The translations under genes were made by a program, and so were the position numbers. Of a stretch of 64,000 bases of DNA, positions 12,267-25,452 are shown one piece after another (position 1 is the stretch's first letter; every line of letters begins with the position of its first letter). This stretch comes from Hypanus sabinus (taxonomy: Eukaryota). The notes under the pieces are model-generated. The model worked only from the letters and a program-made list of their open reading frames with translations. It was not told the DNA's origin and made no database searches. The DNA lies in contig NC_082731.1 of assembly GCF_030144855.1 (NCBI RefSeq), forward strand, positions 25,110,001-25,174,000. The letters run 5' to 3'.

Positions 12267-14715
12267 ACCATAAGACCATAAGACATAAGAGCAGAATTAG
12301 GCCATTCGGACAATCGAATCTGCCAATCGAGTTCAATCATGGGGTGATGTAATTTTCCAGTTATCCCTACTCCCCTGTTATCACCCCATAAATGTTGATA
12401 CCCTGGCTAATCAAGAACCTGTCTATCACTGTTTCAATGCATCCATTGACCTGGCCTCCACAGCCGCTCGTGGAAACAAATTACACAGATTTACCACTCT
12501 CCGCAACTTTATTACTAAAAGAAATCTTGGAACCAGAAATCATGCCCTCTTGTACCAGAATCCTTGAAGTAACTTTGTCATATATAATCTTTTCAGATCT
12601 TTTAACACCCGGAATGTTTCAATGATATACCCCAGCATTTTCCTGAACTCCGGGGAATATAGCCCAAAAGCTTTCATACGTTCCTCATACAAAAACGTTT
12701 TTATTCATGGAATCATTCTCCTGAATCTTTTCTGAGCCGTTCTAATGCCTGCACATCCTTTCAAAAATAAGGTGCACAGAACTGCACAGAAAACTCCAGG
12801 TATGGTCTCACGAAGTGCTTTATAGAACATCATAATCACATCCCTTCTATTATATTAAATACTGGTAAAAATGACTGCCGATATTGCATTCGCCTTCTTT
12901 CACTTCCTGCTCATCGACGCGGCTAACCTTTAGAGCAGGAGGGGCCAACATTTTACATTCCATGCTTCAATTATTTTTCGTGCAGAGTTCAGATGCGATT
13001 TTATTCACGCCCGAGTTCTGCATTAACATATTTCTACAGGAATTGAATGGGGGTACAAGAGTTGTATGGCGCATGTGAACTAGTGAGAGAAAAATATTCA
13101 CGCATGGAATGTAAAATGTTGGCCTCCCCTGCTTTGGGGTACCTTGCACAAGGACTCCCAAGTCTCTTTGTATGTGCATTTTGAATCCTTTCCCCATCTA
13201 AATAATAGTCCGCCCTTTATTGCTTCCACCAAACTGCATGGCCATACACTTTCCAACAATGTATTGGTTTGCCACTTATTTGCCGCTTCCCCTACACTAA
13301 CTAGTTTTCTCTGCAGGATCTCTGTGTCCTCAACACTACCGGCTCCTCCACTTATCTTTGTATCATCAGCAAATTTAGCTACAAATCCATTAATGCCATT
13401 GTCTAAATCATTGACAAACATTGTAAGATGCAGCAGTCCCAAGAAGGAACCCTGTGCAACTGCATTGTTAACGACCAGCCAGACAGAATAGGATCTCTTT
13501 ATTTTTTCTGTCAGTTTTCTACCGACCAGCCATGTTTCACGCACTCTGTAATTGCATAGGCTCTTATCTTCTTAAGCAGTCTCACGTGCGACACCCTGTC
13601 AAAGGGCTTCAGTCAAAGGGCACATCTAATGCAACTCCTTTGTCTACCCTGCTTGTAATTTCCTGGAAAAATAGCAGCGGGCTTATCAGGCAAGATGTTC
13701 CATTCAGCAAGCCATGCAGGCGTTGGCCTATCTTATCATGTGCCTCCAGGTACTCCGTAATCTCATTTCTAACAATCAATTCCAACAGTTTCCCAAGCAC
13801 TGATGGCAGGCTAACAGGTCTATAGTTTTCTTTCTGCTGCCTCCCACCATTCCTAAATAGCGTGGCAGCATATCCAATTTTCCAGTCATCCGGTATAATG
13901 CCATAATCTATCGATTCTTGAAAGATAATCGTAAATACCTCCCCAATCCATCCATCTGCATCCTTCAGGACAGGAGGGTACATTCCATCAGGTGCAGGAT
14001 ATTTATCAACCCTCAGATCATTAAGCTTCCTGAGCACATTCTCAGCCTTAATTTTCACTGCGCCAACTTTACTTCCCTGACACTCTTGAACGTCCGCTAT
14101 ACTGCAGACGTCTTCCACTGTTAACACTAATGTAAAATAACGATTTAATTCCTATGCCATCTCAGTATTTCTCATTACTCTAGGAACAGTTTGTATTGGC
14201 CCTATATCTACCCTCGATTTTACCCTTTATTTTACCCTTTACATAATTAAAAAATGCTTTCAGTATCTTCTTTGATATCAGTCACCAGCTTTTTTCAGAT
14301 AATTTAACTTTTCTTTTCGAATGACATTCTTAATTTCCTTCTGAAAGTTTTTAAAATTTCCCCAATGCTCTGCCTTCCCAGAAGATGTGGCTTTCAGGTA
14401 CGCCCACATATTTGCTTTTACTTCGGCTTTGACTTCACTTCTCAACTACAGTAGTGTCATTCTCCCCTTTGAAAATGTCTTCTTATTTGGAATATGTCTA
14501 CCTTGTACTTCCCACATTTTCGACGATACTCCAGACATTGTTGCTCTGTTGACCTAGAAGCAACTTCCCAGTCAACTTCAGCCAGCTACCCTCTCATGTC
14601 TTTGTAATTTCCTTTATTCCATTGAAATTTAGACAGACTGGATTTTAATTGTTCACTCTCAAATTTCAGTGTGAACTCGATTGTATTGTGATACCTGTTC
14701 GATAAGGGCTCCTTA
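12267..14715 (-). mobile_element. CR1-clade LINE, 5'-truncated and degenerate
   Basis: Tandem tail (ccataaga)n at 12267-12290; FADDTKISG (13098-13544); NYRPVSLPSVLGKLLE and DKYPAPDGMYP (13609-14127). Confidence 0.9.
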
Positions 14716-15479
14716 GAACATAAACCTGCTGTTTGATACTGCAACGCACTTACACTCAAATGACTGAATGAAAGGTAAGCACTTACAACTGAAGTAAGAG
14801 AGGGAGAACAAATGAAGACCAGAAGTCTGTCTGTATTATTTTGGACTGCAGAGATAGTATGGTTTAAGTTCTGAAATCAACGTCCTGAGGATTTCGGCTA
14901 CATTGGATTCACAAGACAATAAATGCAAATAATAATCAAAAACATTTTCCCCCATGGAGCGGATATCAACATTTCGTTATTAATCGTCCATTCCCCGACA
15001 ATGGAACATGGAGGCTGGGGATGTGAGAAAAAGTTAATATCAACCTGGGTCGAAAATGATCTCGTTTTCATACACGGAGATGTAGGATCGTTGTGTATAT
15101 TGCCATTGTATTCGTAAACGTTTTTTCTGAAAGGAGAGCACGCGACGAATTTCAGTTAAAGACTTAGTAACCAAATTGGTTTCTGGTTGCTGTACCTCTT
15201 GAACCCAGAATTTATAGAGACATCTGTTTTGAAATTCAGGTGAATCGTCCATCTGAGTAGGTTCAATGTAACGTTACAAGTATTCCTGGAATGTAAAGGG
15301 GTCTGTTGAAACTATGTTGGTAAATTTATATCTAGAAAAATTAAAATGGCTATTTTTTAACAGATATTGGGAGCTGAACAGTTTTTCTCACCCTCTCGCT
15401 CGCTCTCCCCTCCCATACGAATCCCCGTCTGAAATCTCGTCCCCAAAATTGGTCTGCAACTTCGTCAGTATCCTCGTCA

Positions 15480-16530
15480 TGTTCAGCCACTGGAGTGAGA
15501 CCGTAGCCTTGCCACGCCAAGTTAAGGAACTATCGCTTGTTGAGGTTGGAACTATTTCTTTGTTTCCACGTGTTTAGTGTCCGTTTCAAAGAAGAATCCT
15601 AGCTCTGGGTCCTGTTAATAAGCTGGGTTCATGGCGCTGTGAAAAGCCACGGCCCAAAGCCCTGTTCCAACAAACGGGTCGTGGCTCTGTGTTCTGTGTG
15701 TGAGCCCCGGCCCAACGTCCTGTTCCCAACTCTGGAGGGGGGCGGTGGGTCCTGACTGTGTGGAGCCGCGGCCCTAAGTCCTGTTCCAACGTAGTGGACC
15801 CCAGACTGAGTTCTGTGTTCCTGTGCTCCAGTCCAAGGCTACATGATCCGGTGCTCAAGTCCAAGGCGCCGTGTTACTGTGCCCAAGTCTATGGTTCCGT
15901 GTTCCTTCCCTCACTCTAAGGCTGGGTGGTACTGCGCTCAAGTCCAAGGCTCTGTGTTCCTGTGCTCCATGACCATGTCCTGGTACCGAGTTGCAGCCAT
16001 GTCCAAGTCTGAGCTTCGTGTCCTCATTCATTTCTGGTGCTTCTTCCAGTCAATGTTCCTCGCCCAGCCACTGATTTCCTCAGCTATCCCAGGGGTCCCT
16101 CACACAGCCAGGTTCTGGACATCCCTTGTCCCGTGCTGGAATACCTCGTCCTCACCCATAGCCACGTCCTGCCCTTGCCAAGGTCCTAGTCCCAAGTCCT
16201 AGCCCAGACCCGGTTTCCGATTCCGAGTCAAGACCCATGTTCCGAGACCCAACCAGATCGGAGGTTCCAGGTCCTTGACCAGGCCTTAATTCAGGAGATC
16301 CTTGTATCTAGTCCAGGCTCCTTGTTCCTAATTCCTCGTCCGGGTCCCGTATTTCTTGTTCAATTTCTTGACCAGGCCCTAAATCCTAGTCTCGTCCTAG
16401 GCCTGTGTTTCCTGCCCAGCGTCGTTTCTTCCGGACTCGCCTTGCTAACTCAATAACCCTAGTCCAACTCCTAATACTTCAGTGTCTTTGGCTTGCATTT
16501 GGGTTCGCCATCAACAACAACATTATAACA
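15480..16530 (+). repeat. LTR-like relic with internal degenerate tandem repeats
   Basis: GC-richer block with repeated cctgttccaac (15661, ~15720, 15781) and (gtccaaggct)ctgtgttcctgtgc units. It ends aataa...tgcatttgggttcgcc...ataaca, like fish Gypsy LTR ends. No TSD or partner LTR found. Confidence 0.45.
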
Positions 16531-17099
16531 TAACGTGGTGATGAGCAAGTGAAGAGAAGAGAAGGTGTATGCCCGTGCCACCAGGAGCGGGACAAACTCG
16601 GCAGAATTTTAGGAGTCAGGAAGTGATCTTGACCTTCATCACAGGGAGGGGAAGGAATGGACACAATTCGAATTGAAATTTTTTGAGGGACAACTGCGTT
16701 CTTATCGATTTCTCTGTCCCCGTCACTGGAGAAATGTTTTATGCGGGCATCCCTCGTAAAACTAATGGAAGGACAGTTATCTTGCTGTATGTTTCCCACG
16801 CTGTCGCTTATAAATATGATATGCATTTTACTCAATTCTGCCGCATCTGTACTACGCATGAATCTTTCCATTACAGAACACACATTTTCTGCTTTTTTCA
16901 GATGGATTGCATATATCTAGCAAAGACTTCGCCTAACTTCCATCTCATCGATTTCTCAAACCTTCACACTCACAGAACTTGGGATCGCGGATGGAGCATA
17001 GTTGCACGGTGAAACATTTTCCAAACTATGTCGGCACTCACCGATATACACGACGCACACAAGGAGAAACTGACCGAGCCAACTAAAATGTGGTGTTCC

Positions 17100-17340
17100 C
17101 AGTGGCCACTGTCTCTTTCACTAATCACATTTCTAGCCCTTTGCCTCAAACCTCCTCCACCAAGTTTCACCGAACCTCTCGTGTTTCTCTGTCGCCTCCC
17201 CCTCAACTTTCAAATCTACATCTCTGCTTTTCTTCTTCAGTCCTGACGAAGGGTCTCAGTATGATATGTCGAAAGTACATTTTGCCATAGATGTTCTCTG
17301 CACTGCTGAGTTCTTCCAGGATTTTCTCTGTGTATCCGGA
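17100..17340 (+). mobile_element. Penelope/SINE-like terminal fragment
   Basis: cctgacgaagggtctc...ccatagatg...ctgctgagttcttccagg, a common elasmobranch repeat end. A weaker remnant lies near 62985-63025. Confidence 0.5.
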
Positions 17341-18649
17341 CCTTGCATTCACTCATGAGGACTTGCTGATGGAATGTCGGCTTCTTCGCCTGAACGTGAG
17401 CCTGTTGTAGAGGTACCATTCAAGCAATATTTTAACTCTTCTTTTACATGCTTATCAGTAATCATGTGAAGTCTGAACAAAAAAACAAAAACACTTGCTT
17501 CGTCGTTAGGCTTAAATACATCATTCTCAAAACTCGTAGCCGGGCAGTTATTAAGCATAATATCGATGGTAAAGCAATGGAAGAAACGCACAGACTTGTG
17601 GCGCTCTGCTACTGATAGTGAGTGTGGAAGCGTTTCTGCTGCAAATCCTAATCAGCTGATGTTAGCAAATGAGGAAATGGACATTTTAGCTGCATAGCGA
17701 TATTTGGAGAATAAGGATTTTGACCTCAGTGATGAAGTTCGAGAGATGGTAAATTTAAAGCGACTGTGATATTCAAAAATAACGAATACCGTTAATGAAT
17801 AGATAAATCCTTCCTATTGATAGATATTTTTGTGAGTGCTAGTACAGCTGGAATAGGGAACACTCTGTACGTTTCATTTCTGATAACTTCAAACATACAT
17901 CACGTATCTAAATTAACCCCATTATATTCTCTGATTTCGCTGGACGTACGTAACTGTAAATATTTCAGTAGTGCGGAATCTATTGCATTGAGGGAAGAGT
18001 AAAGCCATAAATCACAGTAGTGCAAACCGCCTGTCGGGCATTCAAACCAGTTTAATGAAATATAGTAGATGTGAAATATAGTTGTTGTTCTTCTCTCTGA
18101 TTACGCTCTTTCTAACAACGGGACACACATACTGTAGACTGGACTAGTGGCTGTCAACACAATAAAACAACTGGGTTTGAACAGTTAGCCTTCAGTGTGC
18201 TCGTTAGTGTGATATTATGTGATGCTTCAAAAACATTTTAGGATCGGAGTGTTCCTCTGTAACTTCAAGACTGATGTCTGCTATAAAACCTAAAACTTTG
18301 CACTATCGATATCATTTTCCTAAGGACCTGCACCCGGAAACCATGCGCTTTGTAGCAGCAGCTATCAGTCTTCCAAAATTAAAGAAGACACACTGTTATT
18401 TTAAAAAAGAGATTCCTCAGTGTAAGTGACATGAAAGGGAGATGTGGGATGAGGCTGCTCCACCTTGTGCTGTCAGTGTCTGTAACTCAGCAATTTCACG
18501 CGAAGATTCTTAAGTAATTATCTCTAAAGACGAGAAATCCTCAGTCGACACAGCCGTTCAGGTATCGTGAATTATTATGCATGCTACTGTCCAAACTGTA
18601 CAATGAAGAGATCGGAGACTGCAATTTACAGATGACAAACGCAGGTCAG

Positions 18650-19075
18650 GTGCTGACAGCCTGTAAAGTTGCCTGGGATGTAGACCACAGATTACAATTG
18701 GAAATTCCGTCAAATGGGCAATGTTATGACAGTCAGGGGAGATTTTAACGTGCAGATCTACTTAGAAAATCAGTTTGTTAATGGATCTCAAGAGATTGTG
18801 TTTGTTGAATTCCTAAAGCATGTGTTTTTAAGAGCTGTTTATCGTTGAGCTTACTGGGAAATCAACTATACATGTCTTCCTGTTATGCAATAAACCGAAG
18901 GAGATTAGCGAGGTTCGGAATAAAAAAGCCTTAGGTGCCAGTGACCAAAATATGATTAAGCTCAACATGAAATTTTACAGGTAGTACGTAAATTCTAACG
19001 TAGTTTTATTTCGGTGGATTGAGGGAAATTACAATGCCATGAGATCGGAGTTGGCAAACGTAAAGTAGAAGGAGC
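18650..19075 (+). mobile_element. CR1 ORF2 fragment (endonuclease end) interrupted by the ERV; resumes at 26427-~26920
   Basis: GDFN motif at ~18738. KGNYNAMRSELANV..KEL on the left of the ERV continues as LAGM... on the right. Confidence 0.75.
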
Positions 19076-19568
19076 TGTTGGTATTCGAGTTTAAAAGTTG
19101 CATTATTTGATGTGTAACCAAAACTACGTAGTCAGCTTGCTGTGCAAGTATCCAAAATGAAATCCTAGGAATGTAGAAGACAATTGTGTGTTAGAGGAAG
19201 CTAAGAGATGTAAATTATGTAATCTGAGTTTACTATTTGGTATGCATGTACCCAATTTAGCAGGAGAACGAAATATTAAGAATGTAGAAGAAAAGATAGA
19301 TAACAGATGTAGATTAGAACATGATTAAGTCAATGGGTAGAAACAATAGTGGCGGATGTAAGTGCGGTACGCAACTATAGACCAATTGCATATGCTAATG
19401 CAACTAAACCAGAAGATTGCTATAAAACATGTTATGTACAAAGATCGGTGGGCAATCAGTGACTAGCTCCATGACTGTCTCAGTTTTGATTTGCAAATTA
19501 AAGTTTAACCCTTCTTGAAGAATCTTCTGCGTCTCCTAATCATTTGTGGGGCACGAGAAGCCACGACA
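19076..19568 (+). repeat. ERV 5' LTR
   Basis: Direct repeat of 25937-26426; starts TGTTGG, ends CCACGACA. Confidence 0.93.
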
Positions 19569-19572
19569 AAAT

Positions 19573-19590
19573 TGGCGACCGCGACAGGAC
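19573..19590 (+). promoter_or_regulatory. Primer-binding site, tRNA-Arg(TCG)
   Basis: TGGCGACCGCGACAGGAC, 17/18 match to the complement of the vertebrate tRNA-Arg(TCG) 3' end as recalled (TGGCGACCGCGGCAGGAC). Confidence 0.8.
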
Positions 19591-20235
19591 CGGAAAGAGA
19601 CCCGCGGAAAGGAAACAGCAGATTAGGGACGCTTCCCTGTCCTCTAGGGACCCCCACAAGGCTAACAGAATTAAGGGTGCACCCAAACAAAAGGTAAGCG
19701 CTTTTTGCGACAATTTGGACTAAGAATTCTGTTGTCTTTGGGGAAGTCTTGAAGTCTCAGACGTGTGGAATCACTGCTGAAGGATCTCTCCGGTCCAAAG
19801 AATCTGGCAGAACTGGGGGTTAACAGGAGGCTCAGAGGATTGATCAAGAACATTGCAGTGAAGGTAAGTACAAATAAGTTAATAAGAAGTTAAGTTAAGA
19901 AAAATTCCACGTGGCGTTGGTAAATCTATGTGGATGCCGCTTCGTATCAAACGAAGGTCTGAACGGGCAGGGAAAGGGAAAATAGAGAAAATCCTCGTGG
20001 ATACCGCCTTAAGAGATAAGGGTCTGAATAGACGAGGTGCAAAGAGAAAGTTCTGCGGATACCGGTCTGAAATAGAGGTCTGTACGGGCAGAACAGAATA
20101 GGAAACAAGGACAGTCCAATATATTGTTTAAAGCGCTGGAAGATTGACGACAGACTAGGCATAGAATTAGATTAAATAATAATATCCAGTAAACGAACTG
20201 TGAATCTCTGAAATACCTTAAAAAGAGAGAACAAC

Positions 20236-22221
20236 ATGACAGGTTAAGAGGAACGGCAATAAGGATTTTGAGCAAAAAAATCCCGGTAAATGAATATGAG
20301 ATCACAAAAACTTCAGAAAAATGGGAAAAGAGAACCAAAATCCTGGTCACAAAGTGGCCAAGCGAAGGAACACTTGATGTGAGCTTGTGCGAAGAAATGG
20401 AGGGACTAATTAAAAATTACAAACCAAAAGATAAATCTAAGAAAAAAGTGCAAAAAATAGAACGAGAAAAGGAAGTGTTAAAATTCTTCAGAACGGAGGG
20501 AGGAAGGCTGAGGAGGACAGGTAGAATATTGATTACAAGCGAGGAAGACACTAATGTGCTGGAGAAACACCCTGTTAGAGAGAGAGGAACGCACAGTGAG
20601 AAGCTGGCTTCAGCCCTGTACCCGGATGTGAAAGAAACAGTAAAGCCCCCTCCCTATAATGCGGAAGGAACCCCTAAGCAGTGCCCCCTGCTGACAGGAA
20701 CAGTAAACATGCAGAGAAAAGTACAAGTTTTGGATAATGAGGATGAAAGAAGACAATACGAGAAGGAGAAAGCGGCGCTATGGAAAGAGATACAGGCAGA
20801 AAGGACAAAGGTGGTACAGGCAAAGAGAGAAATGGAAGAAGAGGTTGAACGAATGAAATACTTGAGAGAGGAAAAGGAATATGTGGTGTATCGGTTATAC
20901 TACAGAAATGAACAGACTAGTAAAAGAAGGTGACATTGGAGGTGCAACAGTTAAGTGGAGAAAGAGAGGATGTGAGAATTTGTGGGGAAGAGCTAGGATG
21001 CAGAAGCCCAGAAGAGCAGAAAGAGGCGGTAGAGGAGCGAATAGCGGAAGTAGAGAGAGAGCCAGATAAGTTACTGAGAGGGGATTGCAGAAGAGATGCG
21101 AAAAATACTCCAGGGCCCAACCAAGTATTGAATCAAGACAGATAGGAAGGACTCCACAAGGAGACCGAGGGAAGAAGAGAACTCCGGAGACATTTGTGTG
21201 GGTAACAGTAAACACATACCCTGAAGCTGATGGGGAGTCAGGTGAGAAGGAGAGCCAGGGCTGGTGGGAAGAAGGAGGAAGAATGATGCCGTTGTTAGTA
21301 AAAGGATCAGGACAAGTGTAGTATATCCCTTGGGGATCCCAGGACCTAGAAGGGCTGAAAAACACTCTGCAAAATCTACATTAAGCAGCAGGGAAATGGA
21401 TTAGAGGCTTTGAAGAAGAAACGGTAGGAGGATTATTGGCTATGGGAGATTTGAAGTCACTATTGAGAAGCATGATGGGAACCTCCAACTTTAACGAACT
21501 AATGGAAATGGCTGGCATAGTAAACTAGAACGACCCGAGAACTGATGGAGATGGATTTGACAGAGAGAGGCAGAGTGTATGGCAGGCCCTCAGGAAGCAT
21601 TAGCCAACCAAAGTGGACCCCAAAGCCTTAAAAGGGGATCCACTGGGAGACACTGAACACCCAGCTGACGACGTAGTCCATGCGGTTGAGAAATACCAGA
21701 AAGACAAACAAAGGTTGTCTGACCAGCAGGAAGAGGTGCAAAGAAAGTTAATGCTAATGCAGCTCGAAGAACTCAAAAAGAAGGAAAAAGAGAAAAACAA
21801 AAAGATGCTGCCAGCAACCACCGGTCCGAGTACAGCCATCGAACTGGACAAAGCACTGCTATATGGAGGAACCGATCATACTGTAAGACAAGGGCTGGAA
21901 AACCCCATGCCAATAATCGTCTTTGGAGGAGCATTCCCACAAATGCCCTATCAGGAAAAGACTAAATTCAAATAGCCCAGACAGGACTGGACGTCCCAAG
22001 GAGGGAGACAGAGGAGCTATTGGCAGAGGGGACCAGTGAGGAGGCAGGGGGAAAGAGAGGTAGAGAGATTGTGTTGGGGATGTAATCAGCCAGGTCACAT
22101 GAGAAGAGATTGTCTGTTTACACCATGGCCTGACACACACCAACAGGAACCGATAAGAAGGGAACTAGAGTTTAGCAAAGGACCAGCCCACTCAGGCCCA
22201 AGCGGACCTGTGAACCCCTAG
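20236..22221 (+). pseudogene. gag: ERV gag (frameshifts and stops)
   Basis: 221-aa ORF 20268-20933 (KWPSEGT, PPPY late-domain-like), capsid-like fragments and zinc knuckle CWGCNQPGHMRRDC (in ORF 22036-22221), ending in TAG. Confidence 0.85.
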
Positions 22222-22233
22222 GCGAGGTATTAG

Positions 22234-25200
22234 CCGCGCCCCGAGAACTTGAGTCGGAAGGGACATTACTCAATGATATCAAGGGAGGCAGTCGAGGAAC
22301 CCATTGTTGAGGTTATGTCAGAAGGGCAACTGACACCAATGTTGATAGATACTGGAGCCAAGTACACTTGTTTACAGCCACAGTATGCCCTTCACCTTCC
22401 CATGTCAGGAAATTTTATTAAGACGGTTGGGTTCTCGGGGAAAACATAGTTGACACAGTGCACGGCTCCAGTGCGGATGAGAATGGGAAATAAAGGAATT
22501 GTTTTGCCGGTGCTAGTATTTAAAGGAACTCCGATTAATTTGTTTGGCAGAGATGCCTTATTGAATGTGGAATTAAAATTAGAATGCACCAGAAATGGGC
22601 TGAGTGTGGAAAGAGCTGGGGCTCAATTGATAGTGCGAGAAAACAAGAAGGCTAATGTCATTTGGATAGCAGACATCGCAGATCAGATTCAGGAAACCTA
22701 GAAGAAATGGTAAAATGGCGTGAAGGCTAAATTACCCAGGGCGGCAATGCCCAAATCTGAGCTACATTGTACAGTGATTTTTGACGAGACTCAGAACAGG
22801 GAGTTAGAGGAGAGATGGCACCTGGAGGGATGTACCCAACAGCACCTGGACGGGAGGCTGTGACAATTGGAAAGCAAGGGGCAGCTTTACGAGTTAAATG
22901 GAACACCTTTTTAGCAAAATGGTACCGGATACTGGAGGCTGCGCCCCACGTAACATTGTTGGTTAACAAGGGATATCAGTCTAAAGACTTAGGACCCTTA
23001 GTTAAGAGTGCTGAAACCGTAACAGTGTGGAGGAAAATCACGCCAGAGGTGTGGATATCAGAAGACAACAGTTGCATTAAAATTATGGTAAGTGTAGATA
23101 TGGTAGGGACAGTGAGAGAGGTCGAAATAACTCCCCAACCACACATGCCATTGCTGTGAAAGGAATAAGGCCAGCAGAAAGATAGAAGTTTAGATGAGTT
23201 GCCGTCTATTCTGTGGTCACAGCATGACACGGACGTAGGGAAAATGAAAACAGCTATCCCGGTGGAAATAAGGCTGAAAAGGGGAGCAATTCCACCCAAG
23301 AGACCACTATACACTTTAAGACCAGAAGCAGAAGAGAAGATAGCATCGACAGTGCAGGGGTTGCTTGAAACAGGAGTGCTTAAAAGAACAAACAGTCCAT
23401 GCAATACCCCGTTGCTGCCGGTCTTAAAAGCAGATAAATCTAAGTGGAGTTTGGTGTATGGTTTGCGAGCGGTAAATGATGTGGTAGAGGACTGGCCAGC
23501 GGTAGTCCCCAACCCACACACGCTTTTGACTAATGTTCCACCAGAAGCAAGTTACTTTTCAGTGATTCATTTGTGTTCGGCTTTCTTCAGCATTCGTCCA
23601 GTCGACTAGTGTCAGTATTTGTTTGCATTTACTTACAGAGGTGCTCAGTATACCTATACCAGAATGCCGCAAGGATTTAAACATTCACCACACGTTTTTA
23701 ATCAGGTGTTGAAGGCAGACCTAGAGGGCATGCCATTGGAAAGTACGTTGTTACAGTATGTGGATGACCTGTTGATTTGATCCCACAGCGAGGACCAGTG
23801 TGAGCAGGACCCTATAACTCTGTTAGAGAAGATGGCGCACGGAGGACATAAAGTATCCAAAAATAAACTGCAATTTTGTACGCAGCAAGTGGAATACATA
23901 GGCAGGGTAATATCGAAGGATGTGAAGGCGATAGCACTAGATCAGATTGAGGCAATAACTAAGGCCCCAATACCCCAGACAGGGCAGATGATGACGTTTT
24001 TGGGAATGGCAGGGTACAGCTCAGATTGGATAGGAGAATATGCTGAGATTGTGGCACCTTTGAGAAAGATAATGAAAGAAGGAGGACATACAAATTTGAA
24101 GAACGGCTTACTGTGGAATGGAGAGGCGGAGATAGCTTTCAATACTATTAAGCAGGAATAACAGTCAGCACCAGCATTAGCTCAGCCTGACTACGAGAAT
24201 GTTTTTCATTTGTATGTTTCTAAACGACAGGAGGGTTATGTCACAGCGCTTCTAACACAAGAGACAGGCACAGGAAATGCAAAGCAGCCGATAGCATACG
24301 ACTTTACGAGAACAGATAATGTGGCTCAGGGGTATTCACCCTGTTATCAGGGATTGGCGGCGCTGTACTACGCATATGAAAAGGCATCATCTGTAACCCT
24401 GGGCTATCCTGTGACTCTGTACACACACAACAAAGTAGCAGAGTTGCTGGACAGAGGGAGATTTGTGCTGACGCCAGCCAGGATAGCAGCGTATCAGATG
24501 CTATTGACATTTCCAGATATAACTATACAGAGATGCACTAACAGTAATATAGCCGATTTTGTCCCTTTGGGCTGTGAAGGAGAACCCCATGATTGTGTAG
24601 GGAAGACAATGACAATTGCCAAATTGAGAGCAGATTTACCGTCAGAACCACTAGAGGATGCAGATAAAAAGGTTCTGTTCGTAGATGGCTCTTGTTATTG
24701 GGACTATGATGGAAATCATGCAGGGTTCTCAGAAGTGCAGCAGGATCAGTCGAGCTATAAGATTATTAGGATGGAGTCCTGTCCTCAACTGTGTTCCTCC
24801 CTACTAGCGGAAATCAAAGCCCTGACAGCTGCGTGTGAAATGATGGAAGGTGAGAAAGTAGACATCTATAACGATTCGGCATATGGTCATGGAGTACGCC
24901 ATTTGTTCGGGGCAGTGTGGAAACAGAGAGGTTTTAAAAAAAGCAGTGGGGATTCCCATGCAACATTGTCAGCGAATTCTAGACTTAATAAAAGCCATGA
25001 TGAAACTTAAAGCATTGGCTATAGATATGTGCCAGGCACATAAAAAAGGAAATGATGTAATATAAAAGGGAAATCAAGCTGCGGACGAGGCAGCCAAAAA
25101 CGCGTCTGGGTGTACATCAGTTGTCATTGCCCCCCAGGTAAGCCTAGCTCCAAAACCTGTGGTAGAGGACCTAATTGAAATACAAGGTAAGGCAACTTTG

Positions 25201-25452
25201 GCAGAACAGGCAATGTGGAGACGAAGGGGGGGAGGGGGCAAGCAGAACCCGGAAGGGTTGTGGAGCATGGAAGACGGTTTGTTGGTAGCGCCCACCCGTC
25301 TACTGACATTTCTGATTTCAGAAGCGCATGGGATTGACCATTGTGCAAGGGAGGAAGTGAAAAAGAAAATAAAGAAGGATGGTTTTTGGTCACCTTCTTT
25401 ACAGGTTTCAGTGGACTTCGTCTTGTCACAGTGCGAGGTATGCGTACAGAAT
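22234..25452 (+). pseudogene. pol: ERV pro-pol: PR, 2H-like insert, RT, RNase H, integrase zinc finger (truncated)
   Basis: LIDTGAKYT; HCT (22765-22773) and HVT (22947-22955); MPQGFKHSP; YVDDLL; LFVDGS, AEIKAL; HGIDH...CEVC. Same frame as the end of gag. Confidence 0.9.

Noticed and set aside
16479-17012. 134-aa minus and 109-aa plus ORFs, and an acceptor-like ttttttcag at ~16900
   Set aside because: No recognisable domain, no Ig motifs in any frame, and lengths compatible with chance.
18448-18520. ATG-MRLLHLVLSVSVT as a possible leader exon
   Set aside because: No splice donor or V exon follows, and the paralogous copy at ~38704 does not keep the frame.
19070-19080. Target-site duplication for the ERV
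   Set aside because: The flanks (ggagc / ctggc) do not match, so no TSD is claimed.
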